Below, one piece after another: positions 31,574-40,968 of a DNA stretch of 64,000 nucleotides. The translations under genes were made by a program, and so were the position numbers. The notes under the pieces were generated by a model. The model searched no databases. It saw only the letters and a program-made list of their open reading frames with translations, and was not told the DNA's origin. Location of the stretch: the IMG/VR virus record IMGVR_UViG_3300027804_000038, positions 192,001 through 256,000 of that record; one strand, written 5' to 3'. The stretch comes from a virus (Duplodnaviria; Caudoviricetes). Each line of letters begins with the position of its first letter. Positions within the stretch are counted from its first letter, which is position 1.

Positions 31574-31925
31574 TGATACTACCAATTTCTTGCCGTAAGT
31601 TTGTAAAAGATTTGACACTTATAGGTGATGAAAGATACTCGGTAGTTAAATCAAAAAGTTCTTGTTTTATTTAGAAGATTGAAAATACTTCACGGGTGGC
31701 TCCCTTAATAGTTAAGGCTGACCTTAAACATCCACTCTAAAGTATACAGGGGGCGAAAGTGAAAAAAAATATTAATTTATTTGACAGATTGAAAAAAATG
31801 TCGTAAGTTTGTAAAAGATTTGAGATTAAGGTTCACAAAGTGGTAAAACGATGAAAGTTTCCAAATCTCAAAAAAGTTCACAAATAACTTGACAAATAGA
31901 AATAAATGTCGTAAATTTGTAAAAC
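31574..31925 (+). promoter_or_regulatory. three tandem host-type promoters, TTGA(C/T)A..GYCGTAARTTTGTAAAA
   Basis: TAnnTTTG at 31596, 31804 and 31912, each preceded by TTGA(C/T)A. Confidence 0.75.
31694..31763 (+). ncRNA. pseudoknotted RNA motif, copy 1
   Basis: shares GCTCCCTTAATAG, a CTGA-loop hairpin and AGGGGGCGAA with 45215-45290. Confidence 0.55.
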
Positions 31926-31945
31926 AATTCGGAAATGTCCGAAAC

Positions 31946-31954
31946 GTTCTTTGA
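31946..31954 (+). promoter_or_regulatory. boxA-like antitermination site
   Basis: GTTCTTTGA preceded by a small hairpin, downstream of promoter. Confidence 0.6.
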
Positions 31955-31964
31955 AAAAATAGAT

Positions 31965-32857
31965 TATCCATTCTCTGAGTAAGTCGTATTCCCGCCTTCG
32001 TGTGACGAATATGAGCACTGAAAAGAGATAAACGATAATGGGCCGTGTATGGTCCTTAAATAAACTACGAAAGTAGGATAAAGTGGTCTCCCCCGTGTTG
32101 AGGAGGCTGCGGTTTGAAACCCCGTAAGGGGAATTGAACTCAAGTACACAAGTGGGATATCACCACACCTTTAGTACCGAGGGTAACACTGTAGGGAAAG
32201 TGGTAGGGTGACATGGCAATGTGGATTGTCAAGTTGAGTTCGGAAGAACAATAAGAATAACCCATAGGAATCAAGTAAGAAGTATAGTCATCCAACTATA
32301 TAATTGCGGATTCCAATATGATAGAATACTTAAAACCGAAAGGTAAGGTAGAGAACGAGTGGTGTCGCTACTACCCCTAAGGATGACCTACCAAGGTCGC
32401 TTTCTGAAGTAATCTAAAAATATGGAGGTGGGGACACTTCACGGAGTAGTTTAGTATTCTGTCACTCAAAAGGAGACGGAGCTTACGGTGGACCACTACT
32501 CTGACACATCCACGACACAAAACCTATTAATTTCACTGTTAATGAAAATTTAATACTAAAAATTACAAGGAAAAGTGTCCATCAGGTTTGAGTGAAAGGT
32601 GACTACATAGTAATGAGCCGTTCATTGCACACAAAGACCCCAAGTCAATGTGTATTGTTAAGAAAGACCTTTAATCCCGCAAGGACGAACTGGGGTGGCA
32701 ACCTCGGAAAGAGTTAAGTACTGATAGAGTAATTCAGACCTCAAGGAGTGGTATACCTAAAAGACCGTCACTGAGAAATACTTCTCAAAAGGAAGTGGAT
32801 ACGAAGGGAACTAATAATCCTTCAAAAGATTCTCAATCAAAGCTGTAATCTCAGGCT
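31965..32857 (+). ncRNA. large ornate ncRNA, GOLLD-like
   Basis: about 890 nt, GC-elevated, ORF-free, many GNRA hairpins, CTGAG/CTCAG terminal helix, abuts tRNA-Met; family not confirmed. Confidence 0.65.
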
Positions 32858-32880
32858 TCGTTTAACTTAAAATATTATAT

Positions 32881-32952
32881 TGTGGGATAGAGCAGAGGTA
32901 GCTCGAAAGGCTCATAACCTTTAGGTCGGGGGTTCGAATCCCTCTCCCGCTA
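32881..32952 (+). tRNA. tRNA-Met(CAT), initiator-like (1:72 mismatch)
   Basis: cloverleaf, loop CTCATAA. Confidence 0.9.
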
Positions 32953-33063
32953 CTAAATAGAAGTAGGTTTCACCTGTCGCAGGCGACGTAAAGTAAGAAT
33001 CACAACTTGACTGGTCGTAACCTTCTGTAGTGGTTAATGTGAACACTATAGACTATTAAAAAC

Positions 33064-33087
33064 AAGGTGGGGTAACCCACCTTTTTT
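33064..33087 (+). terminator. intrinsic terminator
   Basis: AAGGTGGG/CCCACCTT plus T run. Confidence 0.75.
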
Positions 33088-33153
33088 AATTATTAAAAAT
33101 AACTTAAAATAATTTTTGATTTAAAAAATATTTATTAATATAATTTAACTACT

Positions 33154-33417
33154 ATGGAAGTTAAAATTGGAGTTATTGAAACACATTACTATAAGGGAGA
33201 AAGAGAGTTACAAATTGTTGATTTGGAAAAGTTTCCAATTATTAAACAATTTATAGAAGTAAACCCAAAAGCAACCGAAGAAGATTTATTAAAATATTTG
33301 AAGAAAATAAAAGATAAAGATTTTCAGAGGTTTATAAACGAATTATCATGGAATGAGATTAAAAAAGAGGACTTTACTAAAAGTAAAACTGAATTAATTG
33401 TAAAATTAGAAAAATAA
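33154..33417 (+). CDS. hypothetical protein
   Basis: ORF track. Confidence 0.6.
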   Translation: MEVKIGVIETHYYKGERELQIVDLEKFPIIKQFIEVNPKATEEDLLKYLKKIKDKDFQRFINELSWNEIKKEDFTKSKTELIVKLEK

Positions 33418-33453
33418 TTTTGTAAATTAAAAATTTTGTAGTAAATTTGTCCT

Positions 33454-33711
33454 ATGAAAATTATAACACTTAATATCATCCATCCCGAATACGGTAAAAT
33501 AGTTGAAGAAACATTCCAAGATGCAACACAGATTAAATTGTTTCTTAGAATGGTACAAGATAGTATTGACACAAACACTTCTTTTAATCATTACAATATC
33601 ACAGATACTTTAATTCAAATACCATCCAAAGTATTGAAAGAATGTTTAATTTTTACTAATAAAAAACAAGTCAGCTACACTGAACAAGTATTATCCAAAG
33701 TAGCGGTTTAA
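33454..33711 (+). CDS. hypothetical protein
   Basis: ORF track; TAAATTTG-N4-ATG. Confidence 0.65.
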   Translation: MKIITLNIIHPEYGKIVEETFQDATQIKLFLRMVQDSIDTNTSFNHYNITDTLIQIPSKVLKECLIFTNKKQVSYTEQVLSKVAV

Positions 33712-33827
33712 AAATCTTTATGTGAACCATAAAGTGGTGGACCACAATCCAAGTCGATTGGCCTAAAAAGAGAACACATGTTCTCTTTTTTTATTTTATT
33801 ATCTATTTATTATAAAAAATATTAATC

Positions 33828-34139
33828 ATGACTAGATACGTTTTTACTGAAAAACAACTTGAAAAAATAAAAGAAGATTTAAACAGACCTGAAATAACAG
33901 AAGGTAAAGATGGTAATTATATGTCAAAACAACAATTATTTATAATTGCAACTTTAGCATATAAAATGTGGGAGATAATGGAAGATGATGAAGAACTAGA
34001 TGATTGGATGGAATCCAAAATTGCTCAAGCTGAGCAATCTATAACATCAGTCGTCAAGGCTTACATGTATGATGAAATAACTGATGATATGAAAGGTATG
34101 GAAACATTAAATTACAATGAACTTGTAATCGGAAAATGA
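33828..34139 (+). CDS. late protein with leader
   Basis: YMSKQQL...ELDDWMESKIAQA module; TATTTAT upstream. Confidence 0.65.
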   Translation: MTRYVFTEKQLEKIKEDLNRPEITEGKDGNYMSKQQLFIIATLAYKMWEIMEDDEELDDWMESKIAQAEQSITSVVKAYMYDEITDDMKGMETLNYNELVIGK

Positions 34140-34999
34140 AAAAAATAATTAAAGAAAACGAAAAGAAATTTTATTTATATAACCCAATCCCTATTGTAAA
34201 ACAAGAGGCATCTGAGGTTATAAAAAGAATACTTAACGCTCATAACATATCATTTCAGTTTGGTGAAACTGTGAATTTAAATGAATTGGACACAGTTAAT
34301 AAAATGAGAATGAGAGACTATATTAATCGTGTTATAAAGTACAAAGAAGTTAGAGGACACGCAATTGAAGGATTAATGGTTGGACTTTTTGACGGACAAT
34401 TTAATAAAGAACAAATGGGTTCATGGGATTATATGGTCAGACAAGGTACCGTCGAACAAAAATATATTGAAGATATTAATGAAAGCCCATCAATAGGAGC
34501 TTTTAAAAATATTATTGATGGTTTACCACAAAAAGATTCAGATGAAATTAGGAATATACTTTCAAAATACGAAAGTCAAAATATTTTTTTAATCAATGAC
34601 CCAGAACTTGAAAAATATAAAAGGAATATATTAGAGACAATGTTAACTGATATAATTTGTGTCACCACAAAAAGTTTAACAAAATTAGTTAATTATTATT
34701 TTACAAAAGAAGATTTTATAAGCTATGCAATTGATGCAAAAAATATTGCTGCACCTAAAAATAAAAATTCATTACAACTTAGAATAAAATCTGGATTATT
34801 AACGTCTAAAGCAAATAAGTTTGAAATTATTATACCATCCATAAGTCAGAAAGAATATGATGACTATATGAAGGAAGATTCTGAGGAAATAAGAATCTCA
34901 AAAATATTTGGGCCATATTATAATAAAATTAGACCAGATATTCTTAAATGGATTAAGAATAATAAAGATTTATTTAAAGATTCGGTAAATCAATTATGA
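34136..34999 (+). CDS. possible PD-(D/E)xK nuclease-fold protein
   Basis: GHAIEGL...WDY...VEQK spacing. Confidence 0.5.
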   Translation: MKKIIKENEKKFYLYNPIPIVKQEASEVIKRILNAHNISFQFGETVNLNELDTVNKMRMRDYINRVIKYKEVRGHAIEGLMVGLFDGQFNKEQMGSWDYMVRQGTVEQKYIEDINESPSIGAFKNIIDGLPQKDSDEIRNILSKYESQNIFLINDPELEKYKRNILETMLTDIICVTTKSLTKLVNYYFTKEDFISYAIDAKNIAAPKNKNSLQLRIKSGLLTSKANKFEIIIPSISQKEYDDYMKEDSEEIRISKIFGPYYNKIRPDILKWIKNNKDLFKDSVNQL

Positions 35000-36024
35000 A
35001 AATAGTATTAAATGAAACACAATATAGTAAACTAATTACTGAAGATTTAGGAGTATCTAGGGCTTCTATTATTTATTCTAATTTAATTTTACAAACGTTG
35101 GACCCTATTTTAAAAGATAAGATAGATAAGGGTAAAAATTTTGCAGATATAATTATTATTGGATTGAAAGATATTAAGGAAATTTATCAAAACAATTTTG
35201 ATGATTTTATAGAGTTACCGATAGAAGAAATTATTATTGAATTTACATTTAAAAAAGTTAAAAATATTAATAAGACTGATGTTAAATATCTTACAGGTGG
35301 TGCGGCGTATCAAATAGAGAAGGGTAGAGATGCTAGAACTAAGATACAAAAACCTTCTCTATCCCTACCAAAAAAAGTACTTGAGGAAATTCCTGAAACT
35401 ATGACTGCCTATTATGAGTTTGGTGTGATTATAAGTCAACATTATACAAATGATGATTATTCTAGTTTACTATTAGATTTACGTGATACTATTGTACATG
35501 AATCTAACCATATTTTAGAGTTTTATAAAAAAAGAAAAGTGTATAACACAGCATTATCCTTTGCAGGTTCAAAAAACAAAAATATACCAAAACCAATATA
35601 TGACATTTGGAATGAATTTTTATGGTTTTTATATTTCTCTGAACCATATGAGATGAACGCTATGGCACAAGAATCTTATAGTAAAATACTAAGGATGACA
35701 TTTGATGAGTTTAAAAAAACAAAATATTGGATTTATTCTGAGAAAATGAAAAATTTTGATGCTAATAAACTTTACGAAGAATTATTAAGAAAAATTAATG
35801 AATACAATCCTGATACTGAAAAAGTCTTTTTAAATAGTATTTTGAAATGGTTTAAACAAGATTATATTTCAGGTTCTAAAGATTATGGTATTGAACCAAA
35901 CAAAGATGTTGTAAATTCTAAAGACATTATAACACTTATGAAAAAATTTGAGCCAAGAATTAAGAAATCTGGAGACAGACTTCAAAAAAGATTTATGAGA
36001 TTATATTCTTTGGAATCTGTTTAA
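34996..36024 (+). CDS. zincin-like metalloprotease with leader
   Basis: VHESNH (HExxH) plus downstream EMNA. Confidence 0.65.
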   Translation: MKIVLNETQYSKLITEDLGVSRASIIYSNLILQTLDPILKDKIDKGKNFADIIIIGLKDIKEIYQNNFDDFIELPIEEIIIEFTFKKVKNINKTDVKYLTGGAAYQIEKGRDARTKIQKPSLSLPKKVLEEIPETMTAYYEFGVIISQHYTNDDYSSLLLDLRDTIVHESNHILEFYKKRKVYNTALSFAGSKNKNIPKPIYDIWNEFLWFLYFSEPYEMNAMAQESYSKILRMTFDEFKKTKYWIYSEKMKNFDANKLYEELLRKINEYNPDTEKVFLNSILKWFKQDYISGSKDYGIEPNKDVVNSKDIITLMKKFEPRIKKSGDRLQKRFMRLYSLESV

Positions 36025-36061
36025 ATTTTGTTTTTTAATGTTATTTTTATATCTTTGTATT

Positions 36062-36757
36062 ATGAAAATAACATTTATTTCCGATACACACAACAAACAT
36101 AAGCAAGTCACTAGTTTATTACCTGGTGGGGATTTAATCATACATGCTGGAGATATATCATCCATGGGGTATATCCACGAAGTTCAACAATTCTGTAAAT
36201 GGTTTGAAGGATTAGATAACTATACAACTAAAGTTTTCATTGCTGGAAACCATGATTTTGGTTTTCAGGATATTCCTAAAGAGATTAAAGAAATTGTTGA
36301 TTTTTATGATGGAGTTAATTATTTACAAGACGATTTAATACTACTTGGTGATAACTATAGTGAAATGGTTAAAATTTATGGTACTCCATGGCAACCTGAA
36401 TTCCATAATTGGGCATTTAATTTACCAAGAAATGGATGGGAACTTGAACAAAAATGGAATGATATCCCGATAAATACGGATATATTAATTACTCACGGAC
36501 CAGCCCAAGGATATTTGGACACCTCAGGACCACCTTGGAATGAGCCCTTGTTAGGTTGCGAATTACTAGTTAAGAGAATTAAAGAAATAAAACCAAAAAT
36601 TCACGTTTGTGGTCATATTCACGGAGGTTATGGTTATGTCTTTGATGGTGATACTCACTTCATTAATGCATCTGTACTAAATGAAAAATATGAATTTGTT
36701 AACAAACCACTTACAGTTGAGTGGGACCCTGTGACAAATGAACTTGATTTTCTATAA
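36062..36757 (+). CDS. calcineurin-like metallophosphoesterase
   Basis: SDTH, HAGD, AGNHD, THGP and GHIH motifs. Confidence 0.9.
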   Translation: MKITFISDTHNKHKQVTSLLPGGDLIIHAGDISSMGYIHEVQQFCKWFEGLDNYTTKVFIAGNHDFGFQDIPKEIKEIVDFYDGVNYLQDDLILLGDNYSEMVKIYGTPWQPEFHNWAFNLPRNGWELEQKWNDIPINTDILITHGPAQGYLDTSGPPWNEPLLGCELLVKRIKEIKPKIHVCGHIHGGYGYVFDGDTHFINASVLNEKYEFVNKPLTVEWDPVTNELDFL

Positions 36758-36870
36758 AAAACTGACATAATGTCAGTTTTTTTATTTTGGTACGAATTTT
36801 AACAATTTGGCACACGGAACTTGATTCCATTAAAATAAACTTTTATATTTAAAAAAAATTATCAAAATTT

Positions 36871-38733
36871 ATGGGAAAAATAATAGGTATTGACTTGGGA
36901 ACTACAAATTCTTGCGTAGCGGTTATGGAAGGTAGTGACCCTGTAGTAATTACAAACAGTGAAGGAAAAAGAACCACCCCTTCAATTGTCGCATTTGCTA
37001 ATGGTGGTGAAAGGAAAGTTGGTGACCCTGCTAAACGACAGTCGGTTACTAACCCTGATAAAACAGTGTATTCAATTAAAAGATTTATGGGAACTAGCTT
37101 TGAAGAAAGTAAAAAAGAAGCTGGCAGAGTCCCATACAAAATTATAAATGGTAACAATACACCTAAAGTTGAAATTGATAAAAGAAATTACTCACCACAA
37201 GAAATTTCGGCAATAGTACTCCAAAAGATGAAACAAACTGCTGAGGACTATCTTGGACAAGAAGTAACTGAGGCTGTAATTACGGTACCTGCATATTTTA
37301 ATGACGCTCAAAGACAAGCGACAAAAGAAGCTGGTGAGATTGCAGGACTTACAGTAAGAAGAATCATAAACGAACCAACTGCCGCGGCTCTTGCGTATGG
37401 TTTAGATAAGAAATCTAAAGATATGAAAGTTGTAGTATTTGACTGTGGTGGTGGTACTCATGATGTATCCGTACTTGAACTTGGAGACGGTGTATTTGAA
37501 GTACTCTCAACTGATGGAGACACTCATCTTGGTGGTGACGACTTTGACCAAGCAATTATTGATTGGTTAGTTATGGAATTTAAAGATGAAAATGGATTGG
37601 ATTTAAAACAAGACCCAATGGCACTTCAAAGACTTAGAGAAGGAGCTGAAAAGGCAAAAATTGAACTTTCATCATCACCGTCAACTGAAATTAATTTACC
37701 ATATATCATGCCAGTTGATGGAATACCAAAACATTTAGTACGTACTCTATCTCGAGCTAAATTTGAACAATTAGTTGACGAATTAGTTAAAAGAACAATT
37801 AAACCATGTGAGTCGGCTTTAAAAAATGCAGGACTTAAAGTTTCTGAAATTGATGAAATTATTTTAGTTGGAGGTACAACAAGAATTCCTGTTATTCAGG
37901 ATGCGGTTAAGAAGTTCTTTGGAAAAGAACCGTCAAAAGGGGTTAACCCTGATGAAGTAGTCGCTTTAGGGGCGGCTATCCAAGGAGGAGTTTTAGCTGG
38001 TGATGTTAAAGATGTGCTACTTTTAGATGTCACACCACTATCACTTGGTATTGAAACAATGGGTGGGGTTTTTACAAAGTTGATTGAGGCAAACACAACT
38101 ATCCCAACCAAAAAGTCACAAGTATTCTCAACCGCTGTAGATAATCAACCATCAGTTGAAATCCATGTATTACAGGGTGAAAGAGCTATGGCTAAAGACA
38201 ACAGAACCATTGGTCGTTTCCATCTTGACGGATTACCACCAGCAATGAGAGGTATTCCACAGATTGAGGTAACATTTGATATTGATGCTAACGGTATTAT
38301 TAATGTGTCGGCATTGGATAAAGGAACCAATAAACAACAAAATATTCGAATCGAATCTTCTTCAGGACTTTCAAAAGAAGAAATTGAAAAAATGAAAAAA
38401 GAGGCTGAAATGAATGCGGAATCTGATAAGAAAATTAAAGAAGAGACTGAAACAATTAACAAGGCAGATTCAGTAATTTTCCAAACCGAGAAGGCTTTAA
38501 AAGATTTAGAGGATAAAATTGGTGACGAAGATAAAAATAGAGTGATGGTTGCTTTGGAAGAATTAAAAACCGCACATCAGAATAGAGACGTAGAAAAGAT
38601 TAATTCTTCTATTGATAATGTTAATAACATCTTTCAAGGAATAAGTCAGAATATATATCAACAGATGTCAGACATTGTGAACGAAGATAAAGATGTTGAG
38701 GTAACCGATGTTGATTTTGAAGAAGTTAAGTAA
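36871..38733 (+). CDS. dnaK: DnaK/Hsp70
   Basis: [25 protein letters not shown]-like and NPDEVVA motifs; full length. Confidence 0.98.
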   Translation: MGKIIGIDLGTTNSCVAVMEGSDPVVITNSEGKRTTPSIVAFANGGERKVGDPAKRQSVTNPDKTVYSIKRFMGTSFEESKKEAGRVPYKIINGNNTPKVEIDKRNYSPQEISAIVLQKMKQTAEDYLGQEVTEAVITVPAYFNDAQRQATKEAGEIAGLTVRRIINEPTAAALAYGLDKKSKDMKVVVFDCGGGTHDVSVLELGDGVFEVLSTDGDTHLGGDDFDQAIIDWLVMEFKDENGLDLKQDPMALQRLREGAEKAKIELSSSPSTEINLPYIMPVDGIPKHLVRTLSRAKFEQLVDELVKRTIKPCESALKNAGLKVSEIDEIILVGGTTRIPVIQDAVKKFFGKEPSKGVNPDEVVALGAAIQGGVLAGDVKDVLLLDVTPLSLGIETMGGVFTKLIEANTTIPTKKSQVFSTAVDNQPSVEIHVLQGERAMAKDNRTIGRFHLDGLPPAMRGIPQIEVTFDIDANGIINVSALDKGTNKQQNIRIESSSGLSKEEIEKMKKEAEMNAESDKKIKEETETINKADSVIFQTEKALKDLEDKIGDEDKNRVMVALEELKTAHQNRDVEKINSSIDNVNNIFQGISQNIYQQMSDIVNEDKDVEVTDVDFEEVK

Positions 38734-38740
38734 TTAATTA

Positions 38741-38766
38741 AAAACCCATCTTCGGATGGGTTTTTT
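38741..38766 (+). terminator. intrinsic terminator
   Basis: AAAACCCATC-TTCG-GATGGGTTTT. Confidence 0.85.
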
Positions 38767-38790
38767 ATTTATATTTGTAAAAAAAATAAA

Positions 38791-39360
38791 ATGAAGGTAA
38801 TATTTTTAGACCACGATGGGGTTATTTGCTTATCAAATAACTGGGGGTCACGATTTAAGAAACAAAAGAAATATAGAAAAAAATTGAGTCAATCAGTAAT
38901 GACAATGCCTCTTGATGCTCGTTTTGATAACTTTGATAAGAAAGCGATTAAGGTGTTAAATCAAATCTTGGAACAGACTGGTGCTGAAATCGTTGTTTCT
39001 TCCGATTGGAGGATTTGGTGTTCAGTTGAGGAAATGGGTGATTATTACGAAAGTCATGGAATTATCAAACGTCCAATTGATTTTACAGGTAATGTTATTG
39101 ATGAATCAAAAGTTACATGGCACCGAAATTGGGATTTGGAAGGAACAAGGAGTTTGGAAATCCAAGGTTGGTTAAAAGAACACCCTGAGGTAACACAATG
39201 GGTAGCTATTGATGATTTGAATATGGGTAAAAAAGGTCTACACTACTCAACGGAATTTGAACACGAATGGGGGTTAGATAATTTTGTACATACTCCTCTT
39301 AGAAATGAAGGTATAAAACAAGTTGGTATTAAAGAAAAAATTTTATCATTTTTAAAATAA
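38791..39360 (+). CDS. HAD-family phosphatase (Swiss-army-knife RNA-repair-like HAD)
   Basis: FLDHDGV, IVVSSDWR and WVAIDD motifs. Confidence 0.8.
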   Translation: MKVIFLDHDGVICLSNNWGSRFKKQKKYRKKLSQSVMTMPLDARFDNFDKKAIKVLNQILEQTGAEIVVSSDWRIWCSVEEMGDYYESHGIIKRPIDFTGNVIDESKVTWHRNWDLEGTRSLEIQGWLKEHPEVTQWVAIDDLNMGKKGLHYSTEFEHEWGLDNFVHTPLRNEGIKQVGIKEKILSFLK

Positions 39361-39433
39361 AAACTTAAAAATATTGACAAATAAATAAAATTTTAATACT
39401 TTTGTTAAACAGTTATATATTTAATTAAAAACA

Positions 39434-39547
39434 ATGAAACAGAACTCGATACATAACATAAGTAATCTCCCGATGAATGTGGGCCAAGCTTGGTTTGCGA
39501 TTAAAGGGCAAGATTGCCGTTGTTTAAGGGTTCTTAATGAGATGTAA
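39434..39547 (+). CDS. 37-aa leader peptide
   Basis: MKQNSIHNISNLPMNVGQAWFAIKGQDCRCLRVLNEM; follows TTGACA/TACTTTTG promoter. Confidence 0.6.
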   Translation: MKQNSIHNISNLPMNVGQAWFAIKGQDCRCLRVLNEM

Positions 39548-39609
39548 GCGTATCATCAAATATATAAAAAAAGAACCCTGAACAATTAAAAAGTTCGGGG
39601 TTTTTTTTT
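39527..39609 (+). terminator. attenuator (terminator with competing antiterminator)
   Basis: 10-bp stem 39574-39602 plus T9; AGGGTTCTT (39527-35) is perfectly complementary to AAGAACCCT (39571-79). Confidence 0.75.
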
Positions 39610-39623
39610 GATGTTACAAAACA

Positions 39624-39638
39624 GTTCTTTGACATATT
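39624..39638 (+). promoter_or_regulatory. boxA-like site
   Basis: GTTCTTTGACATATT just before first tRNA. Confidence 0.65.
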
Positions 39639-39647
39639 GGTGAATTT

Positions 39648-39689
39648 CGGGATGTAGCTCAGTTGGCTTAGAGTACGTGCTTTGGGAGC
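39648..39689 (+). pseudogene. 5' part of disrupted tRNA-Pro(TGG)
   Basis: CGGGATG acceptor strand, D arm, anticodon loop TTTGGGA, then break. Confidence 0.85.
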
Positions 39690-39730
39690 TCAAAACATGT
39701 TTTTTCGACTTTCATGATATTTATTATTAA

Positions 39731-40288
39731 ATGAATATTATGGAAATAACTAAATATGTTTTGATAGAAGTTGTAAACACTTCTAAAAGTAAATCAGAAA
39801 TACTTAAAAAGCTTGAATTGAGTGATAATGGTAGAAATAGAAATCATTTAAATAAATTAATTTCTGAATTTGGTGTTAGTTTAGATATTTTGAAAAAAAA
39901 TAAAAGAATTAATACTAAATTTATTGAAAAAGAATGCCCTGTTTGTGGTAAAATCTTTGAAACTAAAAAAACAGATAGAGAAAAAACAACTTGTTCTTAT
40001 AGTTGTTCGAACAGTTATTTTAGAAGCGGAGAAAATAATCCAAATTGGAAAGATGATAGTTACAGAACAACATGTTTTTTATATCATGAGAAGAAATGCG
40101 TAGTGTGTGGTGAAGATAAAATAATTGACGTTCATCATTATGATGAAAACAAAAAAAATAATAACAAAGAAAATTTAATTCCTCTTTGCCCAACTCATCA
40201 CATGTATTGGCACTCAAGATATAAAAATTTAATTGAAAAAACTGTTAACAACTATAGAGATGATTTCATTAAACGAGTAATGGGCTAA
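39731..40288 (+). mobile_element. HNH homing endonuclease inserted in tRNA-Pro
   Basis: CPVC/CSYSC zinc motif, CVVC...DVHH...NLIPLCPTHH. Confidence 0.85.
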
Positions 40289-40348
40289 TTGGTAAGCCGC
40301 CATATTTGGGATATGGACATCATGTGGGTTCGAGTCCCACTTATTCGA
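40274..40348 (+). tRNA. tRNA-Pro(TGG), intact, nested in the insertion
   Basis: full cloverleaf; overlaps the last 15 nt of the HNH ORF. Confidence 0.9.
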
Positions 40349-40349
40349 C

Positions 40350-40376
40350 ACGCAGGTTCGAGTCCTGTCATCCCGA
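40350..40376 (+). pseudogene. 3' part of disrupted tRNA-Pro
   Basis: T arm plus CATCCCG, complementary to 39648-39654. Confidence 0.85.
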
Positions 40377-40424
40377 CGATTAAAATTATTTTACATTTTA
40401 ATCAAAATTGAATATATTTGTACT

Positions 40425-40841
40425 ATGAAACATAGTATGGAAAATGGCGATAAGTCTAGAAATGGGAATCAATTAGAGTCCTATTTCATGGAAAAAACTG
40501 GATTAAAAAAAATTCAGAAGAAAGAAAAGCCTTTTTTTACTAATAGCCATGGTAAAAAACAAATTATTGATTTTGATTTTTATGTTAAAATTAATGATGA
40601 CGATGTTTACATTGATTTAACAACAACTTATAGAAGTGATAGGTTAAAACAAAAAGCATATAATGCTTTAATGTATAAATCAAAGATTAACAAACCTTGT
40701 AAATTTTATATGGGTGTTGGTAAATTAGTTGAACATGGAAAGAAAAAAAATCCTGTGTTAATTGAAGGTATTGATGGAGTATTAACAGTTGAGGATTTAG
40801 TACAAATGATTTCTAAAAGGTCAGATACTCAAGTGGTTTAA
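40425..40841 (+). CDS. PD-(D/E)xK-like endonuclease
   Basis: GNQLE...IIDFDFY...YIDLT; own promoter; overlaps tRNA-Cys. Confidence 0.55.
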   Translation: MKHSMENGDKSRNGNQLESYFMEKTGLKKIQKKEKPFFTNSHGKKQIIDFDFYVKINDDDVYIDLTTTYRSDRLKQKAYNALMYKSKINKPCKFYMGVGKLVEHGKKKNPVLIEGIDGVLTVEDLVQMISKRSDTQVV

Positions 40842-40892
40842 GGGGCCTGTCTGCAAAATAGGTATTCGTCGGTTCGAATCCGACTCTGACCT
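40819..40892 (+). tRNA. tRNA-Cys(GCA)
   Basis: cloverleaf, loop CTGCAAA. Confidence 0.9.
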
Positions 40893-40968
40893 CAAAAAAA
40901 AAATAAAAAATTTCTTTGAAATTAAAAAAATAGACGTATCTTTGTACTCACAAATAAACAATAAAAAT

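Noticed and set aside
32955-33055. Structured element after tRNA-Met
   Set aside because: A few hairpins only, with no second copy or covariation to support a call.
36849-38462. Antisense ORFs within dnaK, and similar short opposite-strand ORFs elsewhere
   Set aside because: Expected codon-bias shadows of well-supported genes.
39690-40349. Group I or II intron in tRNA-Pro
   Set aside because: The break is in the anticodon stem rather than the loop, no catalytic core or terminal G is seen, and the rejoined exons lack the variable loop.
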